From: an uncultured bacterium
GTDB lineage: Bacteria > Sysuimicrobiota > Sysuimicrobiia > Sysuimicrobiales > Sysuimicrobiaceae
NCBI GenBank assembly: GCA_964437095.1
Contig: CAYTFH010000014.1
Coordinates: forward strand, 1,428-65,427
Length of the DNA stretch: 64,000 bases
Direction: 5' to 3'
Part shown: piece by piece, positions 34,585 to 42,742 of the stretch
Layout: every line of letters begins with the position of its first letter
Numbering within the stretch: the first letter of the stretch is position 1
The notes under the pieces: generated by a model
The model's input: only the letters and a program-made list of their open reading frames with translations
Database searches by the model: none
Told to the model about the DNA's origin: nothing
Made by a program: the position numbers and the translations under genes

Positions 34585-35235
34585 GTGGCGGTAGAGGTCG
34601 TCTTCTTCCACGACGTGCTCTGAGCCTGGTGCTTCATAGCCTCGGAGAGGCTGCGGGAGGCCGTGGAGCCCTATCGCCACCGGGTTGCGGTGAGCCACCG
34701 GAGCTTCGCCCTGGCCCCCGACCCGGGGGCCATCGCCCGCATCTTCGGGAGTGCCGCGGCGGGCAAGGAGGAGATCATGCGCCACTGGGAAGCCGCGCGC
34801 CGGCACGCGGGTGCGGGGCGGGGCAGCCGCATCAACGTGGAGCTCATGCGCGAGCGCCCCTTCCCCTATCCCTACTCGTTGCCGGGGCTCCGGGCCTGCA
34901 AGGCGGCCGAGTTCCAAGCGGGCCAGGAGGGTCACTGGCGCTACTTCGACCGGGTGCAGGAGGCGCACCTCGTCGAGTGCCGGAACATCGCCGAGGAGGA
35001 GGTGCTCCTCGACCTCGCGCGCGAGCTGGGATTTGACGCGGGGCGCTTCGCCGCCGACCTGGGCGGGGAGAGGACCCTCCTGGCCGTGCTGGCCGACTGC
35101 CGGGAGGCGGCGCGCCTCGGCATCCACGCGGTGCCCACGGTGCGGGTGGGTCGGCGCCTGATCCAGGGGGCGGTGCCCGTCGCCACCTACCGCGCCGCCA
35201 TCGAGGAAGCCGCCCAGGGAGAGCTGGCTCCCTAG
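34585..35235 (+). CDS. DsbA/FrnE-like thiol-disulfide oxidoreductase with in-frame TGA (candidate selenocysteine, U-A-W-C) at 34621..34623
   Basis: The start is GTG 34585, with AAGGAGG 9 nt upstream. The reading is MAVEVVFFHDVL-TGA-AWCFIASERLREAVEPYRHRVAVSHRSF..., contiguous and in frame with ORF 34663..35235 (the rest of the DsbA fold, ...IHAVPTVRVG...). The TGA replaces the first Cys of the family's CPWC motif. Confidence 0.7.
34624..34661 (+). promoter_or_regulatory. candidate bacterial SECIS hairpin directly after the in-frame UGA
   Basis: GCCU(34624..34627) pairs with AGGC(34658..34661). The core stem is AGCCUC/GAGGCU (34638..34652) with the apical loop GGA (or CGGAG). The loop centre lies about 20 nt after the UGA. 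Confidence 0.4.
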
Positions 35236-35449
35236 CCCCGTTCCCAGCCGGGCGAAGCGGGGACGAACGCTCGGGTCCTCTGTGTCCCCTCCGGCCCGCA
35301 GCCTTCGGGCGCGCAGCGGGTCCCGGACCTCCGGCGCCCGCAGCGGTGAGCTGGACCTGAGTCCGGACCGTGGGGAACCGCCACCAGGGTGCTCACGTGA
35401 CGGGACAAGGGCCGACGAGACGGCGCAGCGGCTCAAGCCCCTGGCCGAC

Positions 35450-35938
35450 CTACCCGGTTTGACGGGCCCGGAGCTGGGCTTCCTCCACCAGCCGCCAGGC
35501 CTCCTCCGCCCCCCGCCACCCGTAGATCTCCACGGGCTTGCGCTCCAGCTCCTTGTACACCGCGAAGAAGTGCTCCACCTCCCGGAGGAAGTGGGCCGGC
35601 ACCCCGCTGAGGTCCGTCACCCCGTCGAACCGCGGGTCCGCCACGGGCACCGCGAGGATCTTCTGATCCCTGCCCTTCTCGTCCCGCATGTCCAGCACGC
35701 CGATGGGCCGCACCTCCACCAGACACCCCGGGAAGGTGGGCTCGAAGGTGAACACCAAAACGTCCAGGTGGTCCCCGTCCTCGGCCAGGGTGTCCTCCAG
35801 GAAGCCGTAGTCCGCGGGGTAGTGCAGGGGCGAGTACAGGACCCGGTCCAGCCGCACCCCCCGCTGCGGGTCCCACTCGTACTTGTTGCGGCTGCCCCGC
35901 GGGATCTCCACCCGCGCCAGCACGCTGCGGGCGGTCAA
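35450..35938 (-). CDS. ppa: inorganic pyrophosphatase (family I)
   Basis: This is the tail of ORF 35450..36592. The product reads VEIPRGSRNKYEWD...LDRVLYSPLHYPADYGF...TLAEDGD.LDVLV...DEKGRD.KILAVP. TTG 35938 forms a TTGA overlap, with AAGGAG upstream. Confidence 0.9.
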   Translation of the reverse strand: MTARSVLARVEIPRGSRNKYEWDPQRGVRLDRVLYSPLHYPADYGFLEDTLAEDGDHLDVLVFTFEPTFPGCLVEVRPIGVLDMRDEKGRDQKILAVPVADPRFDGVTDLSGVPAHFLREVEHFFAVYKELERKPVEIYGWRGAEEAWRLVEEAQLRARQTG

Positions 35939-36615
35939 GCCTTCTCCTTCCAGTCCATCACCCAGATCTCCCGGTAGCTCGGCAGCGGCGTGGCCTCCAC
36001 CAGGTGCCCTACCCGCGTGACGTTGCGCTTGCCCGCCACGAACTCCTCCACGGGGGCCAGGGGCCAGGTGGGGTTGGCCTCGGTACGGTAGTGCATGGGG
36101 ATCACCACCCGGGGCTGGAGCCGGTTGACCACCAGCTCCGCGGTGCGGGCGTCGATGGTGTAGTGGCCGCCCACGGGCACCATGAGGATGTCGGGCTTGA
36201 GGGCCCCCTTGTACGCCCCCTCGTGGAAGTTGGCGCCCTCCAGGTCGTGGCCCAAATCGCCGCAGTGCACGATCTTCAGCGCGTCCACCTCGATGCGGAA
36301 TATGGCGTTCTTCCCCCGCTGCGCCCCGTGCGCGGCGTCGTGGTAGGTGGGGATGGCCACCACCCGCACGCCGTCCACGGTCTCCCGCACCTCCGCGTGC
36401 TCGCGGCCGCCGTCCCGCAGTCCGCGGATCACCCGCGGCGACCCGATGGCCATGGCCACGTAGTTGTGGTCGAAGTGCTCGTGGCTCACCAGCACCAAAT
36501 CCGCGGCCACCCGTGGCACCGGGTAGCCCACCTGGGGGTCGAAGGGGTCGATGAGGATCCGCTTGCCTTCCCGGGTCTCCAGGAGGAAGCACGCGTGCCC
36601 GAAATACGTGATCTT
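35935..36615 (-). CDS. MBL-fold metal-dependent hydrolase (UPF0173-like)
   Basis: Taken from ORF 35935..36627. The motifs are KITYFGHACFLLE, ILIDPF and VLVSHEHFDH. The start was placed at GTG 36615, with GGAGGTG 6 nt upstream. Confidence 0.85.
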   Translation of the reverse strand, partial: KITYFGHACFLLETREGKRILIDPFDPQVGYPVPRVAADLVLVSHEHFDHNYVAMAIGSPRVIRGLRDGGREHAEVRETVDGVRVVAIPTYHDAAHGAQRGKNAIFRIEVDALKIVHCGDLGHDLEGANFHEGAYKGALKPDILMVPVGGHYTIDARTAELVVNRLQPRVVIPMHYRTEANPTWPLAPVEEFVAGKRNVTRVGHLVEATPLPSYREIWVMDWKEKA

Positions 36616-36695
36616 CACGGCCGGCACCTCCCCGCAGGGCCTTCGAACATTCCCTTACGCGGTCCCCCCTCCCCTCTCCTGGCCCTAGGATGGGC

Positions 36696-37511
36696 TTACC
36701 ACAGGGCGAACACCCGGCACGGCCCGCCGGACCCGCCCGCCACCTTGGGGGCGCCCACGAACACCCACGCCCCCGCAGGGGGGATCCGGCTCAAGTTCGC
36801 CAGGTTCTCCAGGCCCCAGCGGTTCGCGGGAAGCCACGTGCGGTGGGTCTTGAAGTCCTTGGAGGGCCCGAAGTCCAGGCTCAAGGTGTCCACCCCGATG
36901 CCCACCACGTCCCGCTCGTGCAGGAGGAACTCCACGGTGTCCGGCCGGAAGCCCGGGAAGTGCATCACGCCCGCGCTATCGGGGTTCCGGAAGGCCCGGG
37001 AGCTGCCCACCCGGGACTCCCACCCGCTGTGCATGAACACCGCCGCACCCCTGGGCAGCCGGCCGTAGCGCCGCTCCCACGCGCGCACGTCGTCGGGGGT
37101 CACCTGGGCGTCGGGGTCCTTGGCCGCCCGCTCGTGGATGTGGATCACCGCCACGGGCGCCACCAGCACCGCGGGCGACAGCTGCTCCACGGTACGGGCC
37201 CCCTCCCCGAAGTGGGCGGGGGCGTCCATGTGGGTCCCGATGTGCTCGAAGTAGCTGATGTTCAGGCCGTAGTAGCCGTCCTTCTGGACGGTCACGGCCA
37301 CCTCGCTCTTGAACACGGGCTGGCCGGAAAACGACGGAAAGGTGGGCTTGAGGGTGTGGGTGAGATCCTGGACCCTCCGGAACCCGCCCACCCGGGGAGC
37401 GGCCAAAAGTTCCCGAGGGCCAACCAGCTGCGCGCCCACGACCCCCGCCACGACCCCTGCGGCCGCCCTCAGGAACCGCCTCCGGCTCACCTCCTCCGCC
37501 ACCGCCTCCAT
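36696..37511 (-). CDS. cyclase-family protein (kynurenine formamidase-like) with Tat signal
   Basis: ATG 37511 gives MEAVAEEVSRRRFLRAAAGVVAG (twin-arginine signal). Later motifs are HIGTHMDAPAHF and GVDTLSLD. Confidence 0.85.
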   Translation of the reverse strand: MEAVAEEVSRRRFLRAAAGVVAGVVGAQLVGPRELLAAPRVGGFRRVQDLTHTLKPTFPSFSGQPVFKSEVAVTVQKDGYYGLNISYFEHIGTHMDAPAHFGEGARTVEQLSPAVLVAPVAVIHIHERAAKDPDAQVTPDDVRAWERRYGRLPRGAAVFMHSGWESRVGSSRAFRNPDSAGVMHFPGFRPDTVEFLLHERDVVGIGVDTLSLDFGPSKDFKTHRTWLPANRWGLENLANLSRIPPAGAWVFVGAPKVAGGSGGPCRVFALW

Positions 37512-37626
37512 CACCACCGGCCCGCACACGGATGCCACCCCCTTTTGCGTCTTTTCCGGATCGGTACGCTGCGGGTGGGCGAAACTCCTGCCGGGCGGTA
37601 TCCTGGGCGGGAACGGAGGCCGAGCG

Positions 37627-38766
37627 ATGGAGTTCCTGCGCGAGCTGGAGTACCTGCGGCAGCAAACACCCCTCACGGCGCGGGTGGCGGAGGACTTCCG
37701 CGGTCGGGACCTGCGCGGCGCGTGCGTGGCGTTCTCCGTCCACCTGGACATCAAGACCGTCCCCGTCCTGGAAGCCGTACTGGAGGCCGGCGCGCGGACG
37801 GTGGTGGTGACCTGCAACCCCGCCACGGTCCGGGACGAGGTGGTGGCCTACCTCCGGGATCGCGGCGCGGAGGTGCGGGCGCGGGCGCAGATGCCTCCGG
37901 AGGAGTGGGAGGAAAGCTTCCGGTGGGCCCTCCACCAGCGGCCCCAGTACCTGTGCGAGATGGGGGCGGAGCTGGCCAGCCGCGCCGCTGCAGACCCCGA
38001 GGCGGCAAGCTCCGTCCGGGCGGGCATGGAGGCCACGGGCACAGGGATCCAGCGCCTGCGGGGCCTGCCGTTGCCGTTCCCCGTCCTGGACTGGAACGCC
38101 CTGCCCCTGAAGGAAGGCCTGCACAACCGGTACCTGGTGGGGCTCGTGACGTGGACCACGTTCCTGCAGGTGGCCCGCGTGACCCTGTACGGCAAGCGCG
38201 TGGTGGTGGTGGGGTACGGGCCGGTGGGCCAGGGGGTGGCGGAGTACGCCCGGTTGCTGGGTGCTGTCCCGGTGGTGGTGGAGCCCAGGCCCGACCGGCA
38301 ACTGCTGGCCCGCCACGCGGGCTGCCAGGTGGCCTCCCTGGAGGACGCCCTGCCCCGTGCGGACGTGGTGGTCACCGCCACGGGCAGGCAAGGCGTAGTA
38401 CGGGAGGAGCACTTCCTGCGGCTGCGGGAAGGTGCCTTCCTCCTCAACGTGGGCCACACCAACCAGGAGCTGGACGTGCAGGCCCTCCGGCGGTATCCGA
38501 CCCGTTCGCTGCGGCCCCACGTGGAGGAGGTTCAGCTGCCCGGCGGGCGCGTGTATTTGCTGGCGGGCGGGGCCATGTTCAACCTGGCCGCGGGCCCCGG
38601 GGACCCGTACGACGCCTTCGACCTGACCTCGGCCCTGCTGGTGGCCGGGCTCGCCCACCTCGTGGACCACGGCCACCACTACCCGCCGGGGCTGCACCCC
38701 ATGCCCCGCGAGGTGGAGCTGGCCGTGGCTTCCCTGGCCGCGGGCGGCAGGTTCGCGAGCTCGTGA
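37627..38766 (+). CDS. adenosylhomocysteinase-like NAD-binding protein (short form)
   Basis: ATG 37627 gives MEFLRELEYL.... The product contains HLDIKT, EATGTGI, NRYLVG, KRVVVVGYGPVGQGVA and NVGHTNQEL, which resemble the AhcY fold. At 379 aa it is shorter than canonical AhcY. Confidence 0.7.
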   Translation: MEFLRELEYLRQQTPLTARVAEDFRGRDLRGACVAFSVHLDIKTVPVLEAVLEAGARTVVVTCNPATVRDEVVAYLRDRGAEVRARAQMPPEEWEESFRWALHQRPQYLCEMGAELASRAAADPEAASSVRAGMEATGTGIQRLRGLPLPFPVLDWNALPLKEGLHNRYLVGLVTWTTFLQVARVTLYGKRVVVVGYGPVGQGVAEYARLLGAVPVVVEPRPDRQLLARHAGCQVASLEDALPRADVVVTATGRQGVVREEHFLRLREGAFLLNVGHTNQELDVQALRRYPTRSLRPHVEEVQLPGGRVYLLAGGAMFNLAAGPGDPYDAFDLTSALLVAGLAHLVDHGHHYPPGLHPMPREVELAVASLAAGGRFASS

Positions 38767-38773
38767 GCAGGGC

Positions 38774-40027
38774 TCAGCGGAAGCGGTCGGGGCTCAACAG
38801 GTCCAGGTCCTCCGGCCGCCCTTCGCCGCACGCGAGGCCCGCCACCAGCTCGCCCGTGGCCGGCGCCAGGGAGATCCCGAGGGTCCCGTGGCCCGTGGCC
38901 ACCAGGAGGTTGTGGAAGTCCTTCGGCCTGCCGACCACCGGCAGCCCGTCCGGGGTGGCTGGACGCAGGCCGGCCCACACCTCGCCCCCTTCTGCGTCCA
39001 CCTTCAGGTAGCGGGAGGCGGCTTTGCGGATGGCTTCCACCCTGCGCGGGTTCACCCCACCCGTCCACACGCCCAGCTCCAGGGTTCCCGCCAACCGCAG
39101 CCGCGTTCCCTGGGGGCCAAAAAGCGGGGTCACCGCCACCCGCGCCTCGCTGAGCATCACCGGGCTCTTGGGGGTCGCGCGGTCCTCAAAGGTCACGCTG
39201 TACCCCTTGGCCGGGAGGACCGGCAGGTCCACCCCCGCGCCACGCAGCAGCCCCGCACTCCAGACGCCGGCGGCCACCACCACCCACCCGGGCCGAAGCT
39301 CGCGCCCTGCGGCCTCCACCCGCACCGCGTGGCCGTCCCGGTGCAGAGCCACGGCCTCGGTCCCCGCGCGCACCTCCACGCCGAGCCGGTGGGCGCGTTC
39401 TGCCAGCGCCTGCACGAGCCGCGAGGGGTCGAGGTGGCCGTCGTCCGGAAAGTAGACTCCGCCCACCACCTCTGGCCGCAGCAGGGGCTCTCTCTCCGAG
39501 ACTCCCGCCCGGTCCAGCACCTGCGCCCGGATCCCCTCCCCTCGCAGCAACTCCACCTCCGCCGCCAAGCCGTCCAGTTCGCGGGCGTCCAGGCACACGG
39601 ACAGGGAGCCCACCTTGCGGAAGCCGAACTCCAGCCCTTGGCGCGCCAGGTCCTCGTACAGCTGCAGGCTACGGCGCTGCAGCCGCACCAACAGGGGCAG
39701 GCCCCTGCGCACGTGCGCCGGGGTACTGGACTTCGAGAACCGCCAAAGCCAGCCCCACACCCGCCGGTCCGCACGCGGGGGGACGTACAGGGGGCTTTCG
39801 GGGTCCACGAGCCAGCGCAGGCCGCGGCGCAGGGCACCCGGGTGCGCCAGGGGCACGCTGTGGGAGGGCACCACCCACCCCGCGTTGGCCCACGAGGCCC
39901 CCGCCCCGGGCCGGTTCCGTTCCAGCACCACCACCCGCAGGCCCCGCCGGGCCAGGCAGCACGCGCACCACAGGCCCACGGCTCCGGCTCCCACCACCAC
40001 CACGTCCGCCCGGTCCAGTCCGCTCAC
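38774..40027 (-). CDS. FAD-dependent oxidoreductase (D-amino-acid dehydrogenase / glycine oxidase-like, DAO family)
   Basis: The 417-aa product has a GTG start, VVVVGAGAVGLWCACCLARRGLRVVVLE (the dinucleotide-binding motif) and the C-terminal ATGHGTLGISLAPATGE. Confidence 0.85.
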   Translation of the reverse strand: MSGLDRADVVVVGAGAVGLWCACCLARRGLRVVVLERNRPGAGASWANAGWVVPSHSVPLAHPGALRRGLRWLVDPESPLYVPPRADRRVWGWLWRFSKSSTPAHVRRGLPLLVRLQRRSLQLYEDLARQGLEFGFRKVGSLSVCLDARELDGLAAEVELLRGEGIRAQVLDRAGVSEREPLLRPEVVGGVYFPDDGHLDPSRLVQALAERAHRLGVEVRAGTEAVALHRDGHAVRVEAAGRELRPGWVVVAAGVWSAGLLRGAGVDLPVLPAKGYSVTFEDRATPKSPVMLSEARVAVTPLFGPQGTRLRLAGTLELGVWTGGVNPRRVEAIRKAASRYLKVDAEGGEVWAGLRPATPDGLPVVGRPKDFHNLLVATGHGTLGISLAPATGELVAGLACGEGRPEDLDLLSPDRFR

Positions 40028-40095
40028 CTCTCCGCCCCACTGTCCCTACCCCCTTGACAGTGTAGGAGGAAGCGGTGGCTACAGGCAGGGCCGCG

Positions 40096-40130
40096 ACGCC
40101 CGCCAGGTGGCGGGCGTGGCTTTGCTTTTT
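40096..40130 (+). terminator. intrinsic-terminator-like hairpin plus U-tract inside the amt leader (possible attenuator)
   Basis: ACGCCCGCC-AGGT-GGCGGGCGT forms a 9-bp stem (40096..40117), followed by GGCTTTGCTTTTT (to 40130). It ends 14 nt before ATG 40144. The upstream gene is divergent, so the hairpin terminates no upstream ORF. Confidence 0.5.
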
Positions 40131-40143
40131 CGGGGCGTTGGGG

Positions 40144-41524
40144 ATGCGGGCCTGGATTGCCACGGCGGTGGTGGTGCTCGCGGGGGCCTTGCCCGCCTGG
40201 GCTGCGGACCCTACGGGTCAGGCCACCCTGAAGGCAGACCCTCACGCCCCCGTGAACTTCACGTGGACCCTGGTGGCCGCTTTCCTGGTGTTCTTCCTGC
40301 AGGCGGGCTTCGCCCTCCTCGGGGCAGGCCTCATCCGTTCCACGAACACCGTCAACTACCTGACCAAGAGCTTCATGGACTCCTGCATGGCGTCGTTGTC
40401 CTTCTGGGCCTTCGGGTTCCCGCTCATGTTCGGGGGTTCCGGAGCCGCACCGGGTCTGGACCAGGGCAACCCTTGGGTGGGCTGGTCCGGGTTCTTCCTC
40501 GCGGGTGAGGCGTACGACGTCCGCACCATGATGCTCTGGTTCTTCCAGATGGTGTTCGCGGCCACCGCGGCCACCATCGTGGCGGGCGCGGTGGCCGAGC
40601 GCATGCGCATCACCGCCTACCTGGCCTACAGCTTCCTGGTGGGCGCCATCATCTACCCGGTCTACGGACACTGGGTGTGGGGCGGCGGCTGGCTCGCGAA
40701 CCTGCCCCTGGGGGTGGGCGCCAGGGACTTCGCGGGTTCCAGCGTGGTGCACGCGGTGGGAGGGCTCGTGGGGCTTGCAGGGCCCGCCATGGTGGGGCCC
40801 CGCATCGGCAAGTTCAACCCCGACGGCACGGCCAACCCCATCCCGGGCCACAACATGGCCTACGTGGTGGCGGGGACCTTCATCCTGTTCTTCGGCTGGT
40901 TCGGGTTCAACCCCGGCAGCACCCTGGCCGCCACCGACCTGCGCATCGCCGCCATCGCGGTGAACACCCTGCTGGCGGGCGCCGCGGGCGCCGTGGCGGC
41001 GGTGTACTACAGCCTGGCCCGCACGGACAAGGCGGACCTGGCCCTGGCGTGCAACGGCGCCCTGGCAAGCCTCGTGGGGATCACCGCCCCGTGCGCGTAC
41101 GTGGCCCCGTGGGCCGCGGTGGTCATCGGGGTGGTGGCGGCCTTCGTCATGATGCTCACCGCGGCCTTCGTGGAACGGGTCCTCCGGGTGGGCGACCCCG
41201 TGGGCGCGGTGGCGGTGCACGCGGGCGGCGGGCTGTGGGGGATGGTGGCGGTGGGCATCTTCGCGGACGGCACGTACGGCAACGTGGCGGGTGTGATCAC
41301 CGGCCAGTTGGGGGCAGCTGGCCGCCCAGCTGGTGGCGGTGGTGGCCGTCACGGTCTGGTCCCTGGGCACGGGGTTCTTGATGTTCTGGGCGCTGAAGAA
41401 GACCGTGGGCCTGCGGGCGCCGCGGGAGGAGGAGCTGAGCGGGCTGGACCTGCCCGAGCACGGCACCCTCTGCTACCCGGAGGAGCTGGTGCCCGCGTCC
41501 CCAGGCCTCGCAGGAGGGCTGTGA
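40144..41524 (+). pseudogene. amt: ammonium transporter Amt, frame broken by a 1-nt insertion in a G5 run (41310..41314)
   Basis: ATG 40144 gives a signal peptide (MRAWIATAVVVLAGALPAWA). Amt motifs follow (FLQAGFALLGAG, DFAGSSVVHAVGG, FGWFGFNPGS, DPVGAVAVHAGGGLWG). After ...GVITGQLG the conserved C-terminus (QLAAQLVAVVAVTVWS...LKKTVGLRAPREEELSGLDLPEHG) continues in the frame of ORF 41333..41524. Confidence 0.85.
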
Positions 41525-42738
41525 CCGAAGCGGGGGAAGGGGAGGTGAGGTCCGTGGCGGTGGAAGCGATTCTAGCGGTGGTGGCCTTCGTGGTGCTGTT
41601 CGCCGCGTGGTCGCTGTTGCCCAGCCGGTTCCTCAAACGCAGGCAGAAGGAGGCGCAAGTCCCCCGCGCCCCTGCGCCGGCGCCAACTGTGCCCGCCGCC
41701 GTACCCCGGCCTGCGGCCGTCCGAGCGTCGGGGGTGGTGGAGCTGAAGCTCGTGCGCAACCCGGCCTTCACGCACACTTCCCCCCACCTGCCCCGCTACT
41801 TCTACCTGGTGCGGCTCAACGGCACGTCGGAGGAAGCCCGCCTGCCCGTGTACTGGGATCCCACACCCGCCTCCGAGGACTTCCTGGTCCGGGAGGCCTA
41901 CCGGGTGCGGGTGGCGGGCCAGACCCTGCAAGCGGGCAACCTGCAGGTGCTGGGGGATCTGGTGCGGGCGGCGGTGGGCGCCCTGGTGGCGGCGGGCGGC
42001 CCGCCCCAGTTCTGGCTCCTCTACGGAGGCCGCACGGTGCCCGTGTACCGGAACGGCGGGACCTACGAGGCCCTCACGGACGGCCCACGCCTCTGGGGCC
42101 GTGACCTAGCGGAGCTGCGGGACCGGTACGCCCACTACCTGGCCTCCTGCAACGGCGGCGGGTGCGGTCCGGTGACCGTGGCCCTGTTCTCCCTTGCGGA
42201 CCTGGACGTGCACGCCCCGCAGGCGGCTCTGGTGGCCCCAGGCGTCTGGGCCCCGGCCTTCGCCCGTCAAGGGTGGCTGGTGGCCTTCGGCCCCGGGGAC
42301 GCCACCTGGTCGGTCCCCCTGGGCCCGGCCGCGCCGTCGACCTTGTGGGAGCGGGTGGCCGCCCAGCTGGCCGCCAGCGGGCGGATTGCGCACCCCTGCG
42401 CGGTGTGGGCGGAGGAGGTGTCCGCGTCCTGCCGCGCGGAGCTGCTGCAGGCCAGCCGGCCGGTGGGGCTCGCCCTGCGCTTCGTGCGGTTCGGGGCGTC
42501 CGGCGCCAGGAAGGTGAGCCTACCCGTGTACCGCGCGGGCGGCGTGTTCTTCGCGGGGTGCGAGGAGCTGGGCTGCGTGCACGCAGCACCCGACCCGCAC
42601 ACCCTTCGGGAGTTTTTGGCCCGCCACCTCCTGGATGCCGGCGTGGTGGCGGGAGTTCCGGAGGTGACGTTGGAGGAGGAAGCGGCGCACGCCGGCACCC
42701 GGGAGGCGGTGCGCGCGCAGGCGTTGGTGCCCGCGTGA
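41521..42738 (+). CDS. hypothetical membrane-anchored protein (405 aa) translationally coupled to amt
   Basis: GTG 41521 forms a GTGA overlap with the amt stop. It has one TM helper segment (AILAVVAFVVLFAAWSLL), a Pro/Ala-rich linker, and a ~330-aa domain I recognised in no family. It is the in-frame tail of the artefactual 887-aa ORF 40075..42738. Confidence 0.6.
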   Translation: MTEAGEGEVRSVAVEAILAVVAFVVLFAAWSLLPSRFLKRRQKEAQVPRAPAPAPTVPAAVPRPAAVRASGVVELKLVRNPAFTHTSPHLPRYFYLVRLNGTSEEARLPVYWDPTPASEDFLVREAYRVRVAGQTLQAGNLQVLGDLVRAAVGALVAAGGPPQFWLLYGGRTVPVYRNGGTYEALTDGPRLWGRDLAELRDRYAHYLASCNGGGCGPVTVALFSLADLDVHAPQAALVAPGVWAPAFARQGWLVAFGPGDATWSVPLGPAAPSTLWERVAAQLAASGRIAHPCAVWAEEVSASCRAELLQASRPVGLALRFVRFGASGARKVSLPVYRAGGVFFAGCEELGCVHAAPDPHTLREFLARHLLDAGVVAGVPEVTLEEEAAHAGTREAVRAQALVPA

Positions 42739-42742
42739 GGAG

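Noticed and set aside
40075-42738. An 887-aa ORF suggesting an Amt fused to a large C-terminal domain.
   Set aside because: It is an artefact of the G5-run frameshift. The true Amt C-terminus is in another frame (ORF 41333..41524) and ends at 41524, where the downstream gene starts with a GTGA overlap.
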